DNA of 64,000 bases, from assembly GCA_002069015.1 (NCBI GenBank), contig MWBL01000001.1:24967-88966 (forward strand), in the 5' to 3' direction. Positions within the stretch are counted from its first letter, which is position 1. Every line of letters starts with the position of its first letter. Below the pieces are notes generated by a model. It was given only the letters and a program-made list of their open reading frames with translations, searched no databases and was not told the DNA's origin. Of this stretch, positions 30,118 through 40,238 are shown piece after piece. Position numbers and translations under genes: made by a program. The DNA is from Firmicutes bacterium ADurb.Bin300 (GTDB lineage: Bacteria; Bacillota; Clostridia; Oscillospirales; Acutalibacteraceae).

Positions 30118-30807
30118 ATGATTAGAGATTTTTTTAACTATTTACAAGGAGAAATGACCTTTCTTGAGGTCTTGATTTCGCTGTGCGCGGTACTTTTCGT
30201 GCTGTTTTGTACGCTTCCGATACATGAATTCGCACACGCTAAGGTAGCAACATGGCTTGGAGACCAAACTCCGCGTCTTTCCGGCAGGCTTACGCTAAAC
30301 CCCTTTAGACATCTTGACCCTATAGGTTCTCTCATGATTTTACTTGTGGGCTTCGGATACGCAAAGCCCGTTCAGGTCAATATGAGAAACTTTAAGAACC
30401 CGCGAGGGGGAATGGCCCTGACAGCGATAGCGGGCCCGCTCTCAAATATTATTGCAGCGTTTTTCTTTATGCTTATCTATAACATTCTCCTGTTTTTTTA
30501 TGTAAGCAGTCAATCCCCTGTAATAGCAAGCATCATGATGTTTTTAAGCTTCGCGGCGATAATAAATATCTCTCTGGGAGTTTTTAATCTGCTCCCTATT
30601 CCTCCGCTTGACGGCTCACGCATTCTAACGCTTCTGATACCCGCAAGACATTATTATAAAGTAATGCAATATGAAAGGTATATAATGATTGGCGTGCTTG
30701 TTTTAATTTTCACGGGTGTTCTTTCGACCCCCCTAACGCGGTTGTCCGGTCTCGTATTCACGGGAATAAACCGCGTGGCATCGCTGATTGTTAATTTGTT
30801 TTTATAA
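30118..30807 (+). CDS. Site-2 protease family (M50) membrane metalloprotease
   Basis: HEFAHA zinc motif in a TM helix. NLLPIPPLDG motif. Confidence 0.8.
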   Translation: MIRDFFNYLQGEMTFLEVLISLCAVLFVLFCTLPIHEFAHAKVATWLGDQTPRLSGRLTLNPFRHLDPIGSLMILLVGFGYAKPVQVNMRNFKNPRGGMALTAIAGPLSNIIAAFFFMLIYNILLFFYVSSQSPVIASIMMFLSFAAIINISLGVFNLLPIPPLDGSRILTLLIPARHYYKVMQYERYIMIGVLVLIFTGVLSTPLTRLSGLVFTGINRVASLIVNLFL

Positions 30808-30813
30808 GTGCTT

Positions 30814-31536
30814 ATGGAAAAATTATCTTATAAACTTGATATCTTTGAAGGACCTCTCGATTTGCTTCTTCATTTGATTATCAAACATAAGCTTGATATT
30901 TCCGATATCCCGATTTTGGAGCTTGTGGAGCAATATCTGTCTTATGTAGAGAAAATGCGCAAAATTAACCTTGAAGTGGCAAGCGAGTTTCTTGAAATGG
31001 CGGCGCGCCTTGTCTACATAAAAACCGTATCACTGCTTCCCGTCCACGAGGAAGGGCAGGAACTGAAAAAGGAGCTGACTGCGGAGCTTATCGGATATCG
31101 CGACTGTAAGCTTTTAGCCGCCGAGCTTGCCTGCAGGACGGACGGTTTCGGTTATATCGAAAGAACACCTGAAGCTATACAGACCGATTTAACTTATACA
31201 AGGCTGCACGAAACCTCTCAGCTGCTTCAGGCTTACTCAACGGTTGCCGGTCGTAAACTGCGACGCATGCCTCCCCCCTTGGAGTCATTCAGGTCCATTG
31301 TCTCAAGGAAAATCGTTTCCGTAACCTCTAAAATCGAGTATATTGTCAAAACCCTTAAGAAGGGGAAAAGAAAGCGCCTTATATCCATATTGGAGGACTC
31401 GAAATCGCGCTCGGACCTTATCGCGACATTTTTAGCCATACTTGAGCTTGCAAAAAGCAAGACTATATATGTTTCAGGCTCGGGCGAGGAAGCGTCAATA
31501 CTGTTGTTAGAGAATAAGGAGATGGAGATATCTTGA
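30814..31536 (+). CDS. scpA: Segregation and condensation protein A
   Basis: FEGPLDLLLHLI...DISDIPI signature. GTG at 30808 is an alternative start. Confidence 0.9.
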   Translation: MEKLSYKLDIFEGPLDLLLHLIIKHKLDISDIPILELVEQYLSYVEKMRKINLEVASEFLEMAARLVYIKTVSLLPVHEEGQELKKELTAELIGYRDCKLLAAELACRTDGFGYIERTPEAIQTDLTYTRLHETSQLLQAYSTVAGRKLRRMPPPLESFRSIVSRKIVSVTSKIEYIVKTLKKGKRKRLISILEDSKSRSDLIATFLAILELAKSKTIYVSGSGEEASILLLENKEMEIS

Positions 31537-32120
31537 ACGGGAAAAGACTATTGGCGGCTATCGAAGCAATTCTGTTCGCCGCGGCAGAGCCTTTGCACTG
31601 CGCTAAGATAGCCGAGGTTTTAGAGCTTTCCGTCGAGGATACCGAAGAGCTTTTATCCAATTTAGCCGCAAAGCTTGAAGAGAGGGACAGCGGGATATGC
31701 CTTTTAAGGCTTGACACGAAGTATCAGCTTTGCGTTCGTAAGGAATTTGAAAATGAAGTAAGAGCAACTCTTGAAATAAAGAGGGATACGCCCCTCTCAC
31801 AAGCGGCATTTGAGGTTTTGGCTATAGTTGCTTATAATCAGCCCATAACAAAATCATATATAGACCAAATAAGAGGCGTAGAGTGCACGGGAGTTATTAC
31901 AACACTTTGTCAAAAGGGACTGATTGAGGAAAAAGGAAGACTTGATCTTCCGGGCAGACCGATTTTATACGGAACAACAACGAATTTTTTACGTTGCTTT
32001 TCCCTTACGACTCTTAAGGATTTACCGCAACTGCCGGAAAGTGATACAACTGTTTTGATGTCCGATTTAGAATCTGATGTCAGTCAAATAAAACCGGAGT
32101 TTTCGAAAACAAGGGAATAA
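31533..32120 (+). CDS. scpB: Segregation and condensation protein B
   Basis: IEAILFAAAEPL, LSQAAFEVLAIVAYNQPITK and PGRPILYGTT motifs. Confidence 0.9.
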   Translation: MNGKRLLAAIEAILFAAAEPLHCAKIAEVLELSVEDTEELLSNLAAKLEERDSGICLLRLDTKYQLCVRKEFENEVRATLEIKRDTPLSQAAFEVLAIVAYNQPITKSYIDQIRGVECTGVITTLCQKGLIEEKGRLDLPGRPILYGTTTNFLRCFSLTTLKDLPQLPESDTTVLMSDLESDVSQIKPEFSKTRE

Positions 32121-32139
32121 TTACTCGGGAGGTGAGCTT

Positions 32140-32910
32140 TTGCCTTTTTTGATAACCGTAATTGCAATAATAGGTTTCTTTATTCTTGTTTTATCTATCA
32201 GAATGTCGGTGCTCGTTGAGTACAGCGAATATATTACCTTGACGGTAAAATGGCTGTTTTTTAAGTTTAATTTACTTCCCTTAACTACACAGCAGATGAA
32301 AAAGAAGGCTCAAAAGGAAGAAAAAGCAAAAGAAAAGAAAGCCCGAAGGGAAGGCGAAATTAAAGCCGAAGCTTCCGAAGAACAACCTTCACCGGGAAAA
32401 ACAGTAACTGCAGCAAAGAAAAGCGGACCGAAGCCCTCCCTGTTCAAGGAGCTGTGGGAAGCATACGGCTATGATGGTCTGGTAAAAATGCTCAAGGACT
32501 CGGTAAACGCTCTTAACCGATTTTCACGCAACCTATTGCGGTCGGTCATTATAGACAGGCTGTATTTTACAATGCGCGTCTCAAAGTCGGATGCCGCCGC
32601 AACGGCAATAGAATACGGAAGGGTATGCACTGAGCTTTATCCGTTATTCGGTGCAATTGTATCGCATTTAAGGACAAAAGAATATGATATAGATATTTTT
32701 CCCGATTATCTTGCGGGAAAGAGTGCAGTATTTTTACATGTAAATCTGCTCGTATGCCCGAGAAGGGTGATAAATGCAGCGATAGGGCTTGGTTTCAGGC
32801 TGTTGTTTAAGGTAGTTTTGAAAGTGCTTATAAAGCTTTTAAGAAAGCCGAAGAAGCAATCAAAAATAAATGAGGTTGAAAATTCAGACAAAGGTGGTGC
32901 TTTAGCATGA
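32140..32910 (+). CDS. DUF2953/YtfI-like sporulation-associated membrane protein
   Basis: N-terminal TM and a K/E-rich linker. Lies immediately upstream of and overlapping ytfJ, as ytfI does in Bacilli. The family call is from memory. Confidence 0.55.
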   Translation: MPFLITVIAIIGFFILVLSIRMSVLVEYSEYITLTVKWLFFKFNLLPLTTQQMKKKAQKEEKAKEKKARREGEIKAEASEEQPSPGKTVTAAKKSGPKPSLFKELWEAYGYDGLVKMLKDSVNALNRFSRNLLRSVIIDRLYFTMRVSKSDAAATAIEYGRVCTELYPLFGAIVSHLRTKEYDIDIFPDYLAGKSAVFLHVNLLVCPRRVINAAIGLGFRLLFKVVLKVLIKLLRKPKKQSKINEVENSDKGGALA

Positions 32911-33326
32911 AGGAGCAAAAAGCGGCAAACATTCTCTCTACCACAATCGAAAAGGTACGTGAGCTTGTGGATGTCAGTACGGTAATCGGGGAGCCGATTA
33001 ACCTGCCGGACGGAACGGTTATTATTCCCGTCTCTAAGGTAACATACGGTTTTGCGTCGGGCGGCTCTGATTTTCCGTCAAAAAACAACGTTGAGCTTTT
33101 CGGAGGCGGCGGCGGAGCGGGAGTAACAATAAATCCCGTTGCTTTTCTCGTCGTCAGGGAAGGAGAGGTCAGCGTCAGGCAGATTTCGGGACTTAACAAT
33201 CCCGCCGAGAGGGTCATTAATCTTGTACCCGAAATGCTCGATAAGGTATCGGGGTTCGTAAGCAAGATAAAGCAGGACGCTCCCGAAACAACGGAAACCC
33301 CGAAAAAAGAACCGGAGAGTAAATAA
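32907..33326 (+). CDS. ytfJ: GerW/YtfJ-family sporulation protein
   Basis: VIGEPINLPDGTVIIPVSKV...GGGGGAGVTINPVAFLVV is typical of YtfJ. Confidence 0.85.
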   Translation: MKEQKAANILSTTIEKVRELVDVSTVIGEPINLPDGTVIIPVSKVTYGFASGGSDFPSKNNVELFGGGGGAGVTINPVAFLVVREGEVSVRQISGLNNPAERVINLVPEMLDKVSGFVSKIKQDAPETTETPKKEPESK

Positions 33327-33373
33327 TTTTTTCTGTATCACCTGCATATTCTGTACAAGGTAGGTGATATGTA

Positions 33374-34513
33374 ATGAAAAGACTGATTGCTTTCGTTCTT
33401 GTACTGATAACCGTTATCCCCGCTGCGGCGGCAGCCCCCTCGGTTTCGGCTCAGGCTGCCGTACTGATAACAACTGACGGTAATCAAAAGATTTACGGCA
33501 AGAACGAGCATAAAAAGCTCGGTATGGCAAGTACGACAAAAATTATGACTTCGCTTTTGGCAATTGAGTTCGGCTGTCCGGATATGGAGATTGTGACAAC
33601 AAAAGAGATGGTTACTGTTGAAGGTACTTCCATGGGGCTGAAAATCGGAGATACCGTCACCCTAAACGCTCTTATTTACGGAATGCTTTTGCAAAGCGGA
33701 AACGACGCTGCCAATACCGTTGCTCATGTTGTCGGCGGCGGGGTGGAAAACTTTACCGTTATGATGAACAGCAAGGCAAAGAAACTCGGAATGGAAGACA
33801 CGAATTTTGTAAATCCCACAGGTCTTTGGCATAAGGAGCATTACTCCACTGCTTATGACATGGCAATTTTAGGAGCTTATGGCGTTTCTAAACCGATATT
33901 TTCTGAGATTTGCGCATCAAAAAGAGCATGTTTAGAGTACGGAAATCCCCCGTATAAGAGAACCTTATACAATCATAATCGGTTGCTTTCGTCCTATGAG
34001 GGCGCGATAGGCATTAAGACGGGCTTTACGAAGAATACGGGACGCTGTCTTGTTTCTGCGGCGGAGAAAAACGGAATTACTCTTATTTGTGTGACGCTTA
34101 ACGCCCCAAGCGATTGGAAGGACCATAAAGCCTTGCTTGACTGGGGATTTTCGGTTTGTAAAAAAATTCCGATTGAAGACAATTTGGAGTATTTCATTCC
34201 CGTTACCGGCGGAATAGTTCCAAAAGTGTTGGTTGCCCCATATGAAAATCCAAGCTATACTTCCGTAACGGGTAAAAAGCAGGACATCAAGGCACAGGTG
34301 TATCTTGAGAAATTTCTTTACGCTCCCGTAGAGGTGGGAAGAGTAGTAGGCAAAGTTGATTATTATCTTGGAGAAACGCTTATAAAATCAGTTGATCTTG
34401 TCGCGCAGTTCGGCGTAGAATCAGGCTTTGAGGAGCTTAAGGAAGACGAAGGGTTTTTCGATAAGGTCAAGGATTTTATAAGAGAAAGATTTGATTTGAT
34501 TTCAAAGAAATAA
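33374..34513 (+). CDS. dacB: D-alanyl-D-alanine carboxypeptidase (S11), DacB-like by synteny
   Basis: Signal peptide. SxxK (STTK), SxN (SGND) and KTG (KTGFT) motifs. Position after scpAB and before rluB matches the B. subtilis ypu region. Confidence 0.8.
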   Translation: MKRLIAFVLVLITVIPAAAAAPSVSAQAAVLITTDGNQKIYGKNEHKKLGMASTTKIMTSLLAIEFGCPDMEIVTTKEMVTVEGTSMGLKIGDTVTLNALIYGMLLQSGNDAANTVAHVVGGGVENFTVMMNSKAKKLGMEDTNFVNPTGLWHKEHYSTAYDMAILGAYGVSKPIFSEICASKRACLEYGNPPYKRTLYNHNRLLSSYEGAIGIKTGFTKNTGRCLVSAAEKNGITLICVTLNAPSDWKDHKALLDWGFSVCKKIPIEDNLEYFIPVTGGIVPKVLVAPYENPSYTSVTGKKQDIKAQVYLEKFLYAPVEVGRVVGKVDYYLGETLIKSVDLVAQFGVESGFEELKEDEGFFDKVKDFIRERFDLISKK

Positions 34514-34527
34514 CTTAGGGAAAAACG

Positions 34528-35274
34528 ATGTCGGACGTGAAAATGAGACTTCACAAGTTTATATCGGTATGTGGCTTTTCCTCACGCAGGAAAGCGGAGG
34601 AACTGATAGCTTCGGGACAGGTGCTCGTTAATGGGAAAAGGGCATCTTTAGGGGATAAAATAGACCCCGGACGCGACGAAATAAGAGTATCGGGCAAAAA
34701 GCTTTTTTTGCCCGAAAAGCATATGTATATTATGCTTAACAAACCACGCGGGTTTATTACCACGATGAAGGACGAGAGGGGCAGGAAGTGCGTTGCCTCT
34801 CTGGTTAAGGATGCAGGGGCAACGCTTTTTCCCGTCGGCAGATTGGACAAGGACTCGCAGGGCTTGCTCTTGTTTACAACAGACGGAGAATTTGCCAACT
34901 CCGTTATTCATCCCGCTTATCAAATTCCGAAAACATATCGTGTAACCGTCAGTCCTTCAATAACCGAGGAACAGATAAAAATACTTCGCGACGGCGTTGA
35001 ACTGGACGGTAAATTGACACGGCCTGCAAAGGTTCGAATTCTGAAAAAAGGCGAAGACAAGGACGCAATCGAGATTGTTATCAGCGAGGGAAGAAACAGA
35101 GAAATTCGCAGGATGTGTGAAAAGGTTGGGCTCGAGGTAAGACTGCTCAACAGAACTGCAATCGGGACGCTTAAACTCGCGGCTCTTCGTCCGGGCATGT
35201 GGCGGCATCTTACCGAAAATGAGGTGCAAGCTCTTTTAGGTTATTCACAAATTGACACGCGAAAAAAGTTATGA
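34528..35274 (+). CDS. rluB: 23S rRNA pseudouridine synthase (RsuA/RluB family)
   Basis: S4 domain (RLHKFISVCGFSSRRKAEELI) plus the GRLDKDSQGLLL catalytic motif. Confidence 0.9.
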   Translation: MSDVKMRLHKFISVCGFSSRRKAEELIASGQVLVNGKRASLGDKIDPGRDEIRVSGKKLFLPEKHMYIMLNKPRGFITTMKDERGRKCVASLVKDAGATLFPVGRLDKDSQGLLLFTTDGEFANSVIHPAYQIPKTYRVTVSPSITEEQIKILRDGVELDGKLTRPAKVRILKKGEDKDAIEIVISEGRNREIRRMCEKVGLEVRLLNRTAIGTLKLAALRPGMWRHLTENEVQALLGYSQIDTRKKL

Positions 35275-35305
35275 TAAAATAATAGGAAATGCAGGAGATT
35301 CGTTT

Positions 35306-36184
35306 ATGGTAAAAAGTATGACGGGGTTCGGGAGCTTTGCGGGCACAATAGACGAGTATTCCGTATCCGTCGAGATTAAGAGCGTAAACCACAGGTATTT
35401 TGAGTTTTCGCTAAGAATTCCAAAGCTTTATTCAAGCTTTGAGGACAGGATTAAAAAACTTATAAGCGCAAAAGTAGAACGCGGTAAGGTCGATTGCTTT
35501 ATTCAACTTGAAGCGCCGCAGTGCGAGAATGTTAAAGTGACTGCAAATAAGGTTTTGGCAAGGAGATTTATTGAAGAAACAAATCTGATTTCCCGGGAGC
35601 TTGGCTTAAAGCAAATTTCTTCTGTCCGGGAGCTTTTAAATTGCCCGGATATAATAATCGTAGAGAGAACCGTGGAAGACGAGGACAGGGTATGGAACAT
35701 ACTTGAAAGCGCCTTAGAGCAAGCGGTAAACGGATTTGTGGAAATGCGCCTGCGGGAGGGAAGCCACTTAAAGGACGACATTCTCTCTCAGGTAGAGGAA
35801 ATAGGAAAAGCTGTTTCATTTATCGATGAGCACTCCCCGCAATTGGTTGCAGAGTATAACGAAAAGCTCCTGCAAAGAATGAAAGCGGCAATAGGAGATA
35901 TTCCTGTTGATGAACAGCGTCTTTTAACCGAGGCCGCGATTTTTGCGGATAAAACCGCCGTAGCCGAAGAAACGGTTAGATTAAGAAGCCATATACAGCA
36001 GCTCACGTCTATACTTTCGTCAAATGAGCCTGCCGGACGAAGGCTTGATTTTCTCGTTCAGGAAATGAACAGGGAGGCAAACACGATAGGCTCAAAAGCA
36101 CAGGATGTTACAATCGTACGCTCGGTTATAGATATTAAAGCACGAATAGAAAAGATAAGAGAGCAGATACAGAATATTGAATGA
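35306..36184 (+). CDS. yicC: YicC-family stress-induced protein
   Basis: MVKSMTGFG start lies after AGGAG. The C-terminal LVQEMNREANTIGSKA motif is present. Confidence 0.85.
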   Translation: MVKSMTGFGSFAGTIDEYSVSVEIKSVNHRYFEFSLRIPKLYSSFEDRIKKLISAKVERGKVDCFIQLEAPQCENVKVTANKVLARRFIEETNLISRELGLKQISSVRELLNCPDIIIVERTVEDEDRVWNILESALEQAVNGFVEMRLREGSHLKDDILSQVEEIGKAVSFIDEHSPQLVAEYNEKLLQRMKAAIGDIPVDEQRLLTEAAIFADKTAVAEETVRLRSHIQQLTSILSSNEPAGRRLDFLVQEMNREANTIGSKAQDVTIVRSVIDIKARIEKIREQIQNIE

Positions 36185-36193
36185 GGTAATCAT

Positions 36194-36460
36194 ATGAAAT
36201 TTGTCAATATCGGTTTTGGCAATCTTGTTAACAGTGACCGAATAATAACTATCGTGAGCCCCGATTCCGCTCCTATTAAAAGAACTATACAGGATGCAAA
36301 GGAGAGGAGCGTGCTCATTGACGCAACTCAAGGGCGAAAAACAAGAGCCGTTATAATTACCGACAGTGACCATGTCGTTTTAACGTTTTTACAGCCTGAG
36401 ACAATTGCGGGCAGATTAGAGGGAACCGAAGACGCGAGCGGAGGAAACGAGGATGGATGA
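36194..36460 (+). CDS. remA: RemA/DUF370 family regulator
   Basis: [30 protein letters not shown] is highly characteristic of this family. Confidence 0.85.
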   Translation: MKFVNIGFGNLVNSDRIITIVSPDSAPIKRTIQDAKERSVLIDATQGRKTRAVIITDSDHVVLTFLQPETIAGRLEGTEDASGGNEDG

Positions 36461-37076
36461 TTGCTTGAATAAATGCGGTCTGCTTATCGTTTTATCGGGA
36501 CCATCGGGAGTCGGCAAGGATACGGTACTCAAAAAGTTGAGGGAAAAGCTGCCCGGAATGTGCTTGTCTGTTTCAATGACAACACGCAGTATGCGTCAGG
36601 GAGAGGTTGACGGGGTAAACTATATCTTTACCGATTTTGGGGATTTTGAGAAAAAGATAGGGCAGGGCTTTTTTCTTGAATACGCTAAATACGGAACAAA
36701 CTACTACGGCACTCCAAAAGCTACAATTGAGAGCTGGCTTGCCCGGGGAAAGGTAGTATTTCTTAAAATCGAGGTTCAGGGAGCTGAAAAAGTAAGAAGC
36801 GAATTTGCTGAATCCGTATCCGTTTTTCTTACCACACCTACCTTTGCCGATTTAATTTGCAGGCTAAAGGCAAGAAAGTCTGAATGTGAGGAGGACATAT
36901 TAAGGCGGGTTAATATCGCCAAAAGTGAAATTACAAGGGCAAATGAGTATGATTATATAGTTATAAACGATGAGGTTGAAAGAGCTGCGGAGGATATATG
37001 CGCCATTGTCAGAGCTGAACGCTTGAAATATAAAAATATGAAAAAATATGTTGATGAGGTAATAAACAATGCTTAA
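36453..37076 (+). CDS. gmk: Guanylate kinase
   Basis: P-loop [13 protein letters not shown]...[10 protein letters not shown] and YYGTP motifs. Confidence 0.95.
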   Translation: MDDCLNKCGLLIVLSGPSGVGKDTVLKKLREKLPGMCLSVSMTTRSMRQGEVDGVNYIFTDFGDFEKKIGQGFFLEYAKYGTNYYGTPKATIESWLARGKVVFLKIEVQGAEKVRSEFAESVSVFLTTPTFADLICRLKARKSECEEDILRRVNIAKSEITRANEYDYIVINDEVERAAEDICAIVRAERLKYKNMKKYVDEVINNA

Positions 37077-37278
37077 TCCTAATCTAAAAGACATTCTTAA
37101 AAACCACTTAAGCCGTTATTCGCTTGTTACGGCAACTGCCAAAAGGGCAAGACAAATTGCTCTTGAAAATGAAGAAAACAATGTTGTTTCTACCGAAAAA
37201 CCCGTTTCCGTAGCTCTACAGGAGATAATTGAGGGCAAGTACACCATTGTTGAACCCGAGGAAATCAGGGATATATAA
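37069..37278 (+). CDS. rpoZ: DNA-directed RNA polymerase subunit omega
   Basis: 69 aa with SRYSLVTATAKRARQI. Conserved position after gmk. Confidence 0.85.
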   Translation: MLNPNLKDILKNHLSRYSLVTATAKRARQIALENEENNVVSTEKPVSVALQEIIEGKYTIVEPEEIRDI

Positions 37279-37288
37279 GGAACGTATT

Positions 37289-39736
37289 ATGAATTCCGAA
37301 AAATACGTTAAGGTTGCGGTTAAAGGGGTATCCTTCCATTTTGACACGGAATATTCCTATTTGCTGCCCGAAAAGTATACGAGAAGTGTTTTAATCGGTA
37401 CAAGAGTCGAGGTTCCTTTCGGCAGGGGAAACAGAAGGACGCCTGCACTTGTGCTCTATATCGGCGACATTTCTGAGCTTTCCGACGGTATGGAGCTTAA
37501 AAGTATTGCGGCGGTGCTTGATGAAGCGCCGTTATTTAATGATGAAGCTATCCAAATCATAAAAAGGCTTAAGGATACTACCTTTTGTACTTATTATGAT
37601 GCGGTTAAATGCGTTCTTCCTGCCGGAACAGACCTGAAGCCTGTTTTTTCGTATACGGTGATTGCAAACGAGGCGGATGTTGATTTTTCAGCTCTTTCAC
37701 CTTCGGCATGCGAGGTGTTTCGCTATCTTTCCGGTAAAGGAAAGTATGTAAAGCTAGAAAAAATCTTAAAGGATTTGGGGCTTGACTCATCCTCAAACGT
37801 GTTAGATGAGCTTGTAAAAAAAGGTCTTGCGGCACAAAATCTGCAAAGCGTAAGGAAAACGGGGGACTTAAAGATTCTTTTTGCAGAGCTTGCAGAGGAT
37901 GAAGAGGCTTTATTTGCGCGGAAGCTTACGGTTAAGCAGCGTTCTGTGCTTCAACTGCTGCTTGAGATAGGAAGCGCATCGGTTAGGGAAATCTGCAGCT
38001 TTACCGGAGTCTCCTCAGCTGTTGTTACGGCTCTTTCAAAAAAAGGCTGTATAAGAATATTTGAACGCGAGGTTTTAAGACGCCCTAAAACAGTCCTCTT
38101 GCCACAGGAACCGGAGGGGGCAAGACTGAACGCACAGCAGAAAAAAGCATATAGTGCTCTTAAATCGCTTTACGACCTTGAAAAGGCGTCTGCCGCCTTG
38201 CTTTACGGTATAACGGGCAGCGGAAAGACTCAAGTCTACCTAAAGCTCATAGAGGATGCCGTTAATGACGGTAAGGGCATCATTGTAATGGTTCCCGAAA
38301 TATCACTGACGCCGCAGGCGCTCTCGATTTTTCATTCAAGATTTCCCGATAAGGTAGCCGTTTTTCATAGCGGACTGTCTGCGGGGGAAAGGATTGATGA
38401 ATGGAAAAGGGTTAACAACGGTCAGGCGGTTATCGCTCTTGGAACGCGCTCTGCGGTTTTTGCACCGGTAAAAAACCTCGGAATTATTGTCATTGATGAG
38501 GAGCAAGAGCACACATATAAATCCGAAATGCAGCCGAAATACCACGCAAGGGATGTGGCAAAATTCCGCTGTGCTTATAATAACGCTCTGCTCCTGTTTT
38601 GTTCGGCAACGCCAAGCGTTGAAACATACAAGAAGGCTCTGGACGGCAAAATTACTCTTGTTACCCTTAAGCAGCGTTACGGGAATTCTGTTTTGCCCAA
38701 AGTTTTAACTGTAGATACTTCGCAGACAATAGGCTCTTTGAGTAATCAGCTTTATGATGAGCTTGAGAATTGTTTAAGCAACAAGAAGCAAGCTATTTTA
38801 CTGATTAACAGGCGCGGCTTCAATACATTTGCGTGCTGTACCCTTTGCAAAAAGATTGCCGTCTGCCCGAACTGCAGTATATCGCTGACATATCACCGAG
38901 CCGACAATAAGCTAATGTGTCACTGCTGCGGATACTCAAAAGCGTATACTACCACCTGTGAATACTGCAAAAACGAGAGCATAAACTATTACGGAACAGG
39001 AACGCAGAAAATCGAGGAAGAAATATCCCGCGTGTTTCCGACTTCAAGAATTTTGCGTATGGACGCGGACACGACGGGCTCGCGGTATTCGTACGAGGAC
39101 AAGCTAGGCGATTTTTCTTGCGGGAAATACGATATTCTTATAGGCACTCAAATGGTTGCAAAAGGTCTTGATTTTCCCGATGTCACGCTTGTGGGAGTTA
39201 TATCCGTTGACAGGGAGCTTTATAACGACGACTTCAGAAGCGCCGAAAGAACCTTTGATCTTTTAACTCAGGTTATAGGGCGTTCGGGCAGAAGAAGCAC
39301 CCAAGGCAAAGCGGTTATACAGTCTGTAAATCCCGACAATGAAATTATTTCGCTTGCGGCAAAGCAGGATTTTGAAGCATTTTACAAAACCGAAATAGTT
39401 CTTCGCAAGGCAATGCTTTACCCTCCTTTTTGCGATATATGCACCATTCTTTTTATTTCGGAAAGCGAAGCGGCGGCACATAAAAGCGCGAAACGGTTCT
39501 TCGATATGATTGTATCTGCCGTAAAGGGCGATTTTTGTGATGTTGCCGTAAAGCTGATGGGACCTATCAAGCCCAGAATTGATAAAATCAATAATAAACA
39601 CAGGTACAAGCTTACGGTAAAATGTAAGAACAATATCAGATTCAGACAAATGATGTCTTTGCTCATAATAGAATACAACAAGAAACAGAATAAGCCGGCG
39701 GTGTCGATTTCGGTTGACATAAACGCCTTTGAATAG
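37289..39736 (+). CDS. priA: Primosomal protein N' (replication restart helicase PriA)
   Basis: GITGSGKTQVY Walker A and DEEQE (DExx) box. Cys-rich zinc region CxxC...CPNC...CHCC...CEYC. ATG at 37289 gives 815 aa; the track start 37229 overlaps rpoZ. Confidence 0.95.
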   Translation: MNSEKYVKVAVKGVSFHFDTEYSYLLPEKYTRSVLIGTRVEVPFGRGNRRTPALVLYIGDISELSDGMELKSIAAVLDEAPLFNDEAIQIIKRLKDTTFCTYYDAVKCVLPAGTDLKPVFSYTVIANEADVDFSALSPSACEVFRYLSGKGKYVKLEKILKDLGLDSSSNVLDELVKKGLAAQNLQSVRKTGDLKILFAELAEDEEALFARKLTVKQRSVLQLLLEIGSASVREICSFTGVSSAVVTALSKKGCIRIFEREVLRRPKTVLLPQEPEGARLNAQQKKAYSALKSLYDLEKASAALLYGITGSGKTQVYLKLIEDAVNDGKGIIVMVPEISLTPQALSIFHSRFPDKVAVFHSGLSAGERIDEWKRVNNGQAVIALGTRSAVFAPVKNLGIIVIDEEQEHTYKSEMQPKYHARDVAKFRCAYNNALLLFCSATPSVETYKKALDGKITLVTLKQRYGNSVLPKVLTVDTSQTIGSLSNQLYDELENCLSNKKQAILLINRRGFNTFACCTLCKKIAVCPNCSISLTYHRADNKLMCHCCGYSKAYTTTCEYCKNESINYYGTGTQKIEEEISRVFPTSRILRMDADTTGSRYSYEDKLGDFSCGKYDILIGTQMVAKGLDFPDVTLVGVISVDRELYNDDFRSAERTFDLLTQVIGRSGRRSTQGKAVIQSVNPDNEIISLAAKQDFEAFYKTEIVLRKAMLYPPFCDICTILFISESEAAAHKSAKRFFDMIVSAVKGDFCDVAVKLMGPIKPRIDKINNKHRYKLTVKCKNNIRFRQMMSLLIIEYNKKQNKPAVSISVDINAFE

Positions 39737-39756
39737 AGAAAGATATGGAGAACAGT

Positions 39757-40230
39757 ATGGCAATAAGAAACATAAGAATTGAAGACGACCCGATTTTAAG
39801 AAAAAAAAGCAGACCGGTAACAGAATTTAACCGTCGTTTATTTGAGCTTCTTGACGATATGGCGCAAACACTCCTTAACATAGGCGGAATAGGTCTTGCG
39901 GCAGTGCAGGTAGGCGTTTTAAGGCGAGTGTTTATCTGCCGCTTTGAAGACGCTGTTATTGAGCTGATTAACCCCGAGATTATCCATACAGAGGGTTGCC
40001 AGGAGGAGGAAGAGGCGTGCCTTTCATTGCCCGGAAAGAGCGGAGTTACGGTGCGTCCCGCGTGTGTTCATATTAAGGCTCAAAACAGAGAGGGAAAGTG
40101 GTGCATATACAAGGGCGAGGATCTTAAGGCGCGCTGCTTTTGTCATGAATATGACCACCTTGACGGAATATTATATAAAGACAGGCTAAAAGAGGGAGAG
40201 GTTCTCCATACATTCAGCCAAGAGCAGTGA
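39757..40230 (+). CDS. def: Peptide deformylase
   Basis: MAIRNI N-terminus. GIGLAAVQVG, EACLSLPG and HEYDHLDG motifs. ATG at 39745 is an alternative start. Confidence 0.9.
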   Translation: MAIRNIRIEDDPILRKKSRPVTEFNRRLFELLDDMAQTLLNIGGIGLAAVQVGVLRRVFICRFEDAVIELINPEIIHTEGCQEEEEACLSLPGKSGVTVRPACVHIKAQNREGKWCIYKGEDLKARCFCHEYDHLDGILYKDRLKEGEVLHTFSQEQ

Positions 40231-40238
40231 GGGATTTT

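Noticed and set aside
35025-35045. GGTTCGAATTC, a T-arm-like string hinting at a tRNA.
   Set aside because: It lies inside the well-supported rluB coding frame, and no acceptor or anticodon stems can be drawn around it.
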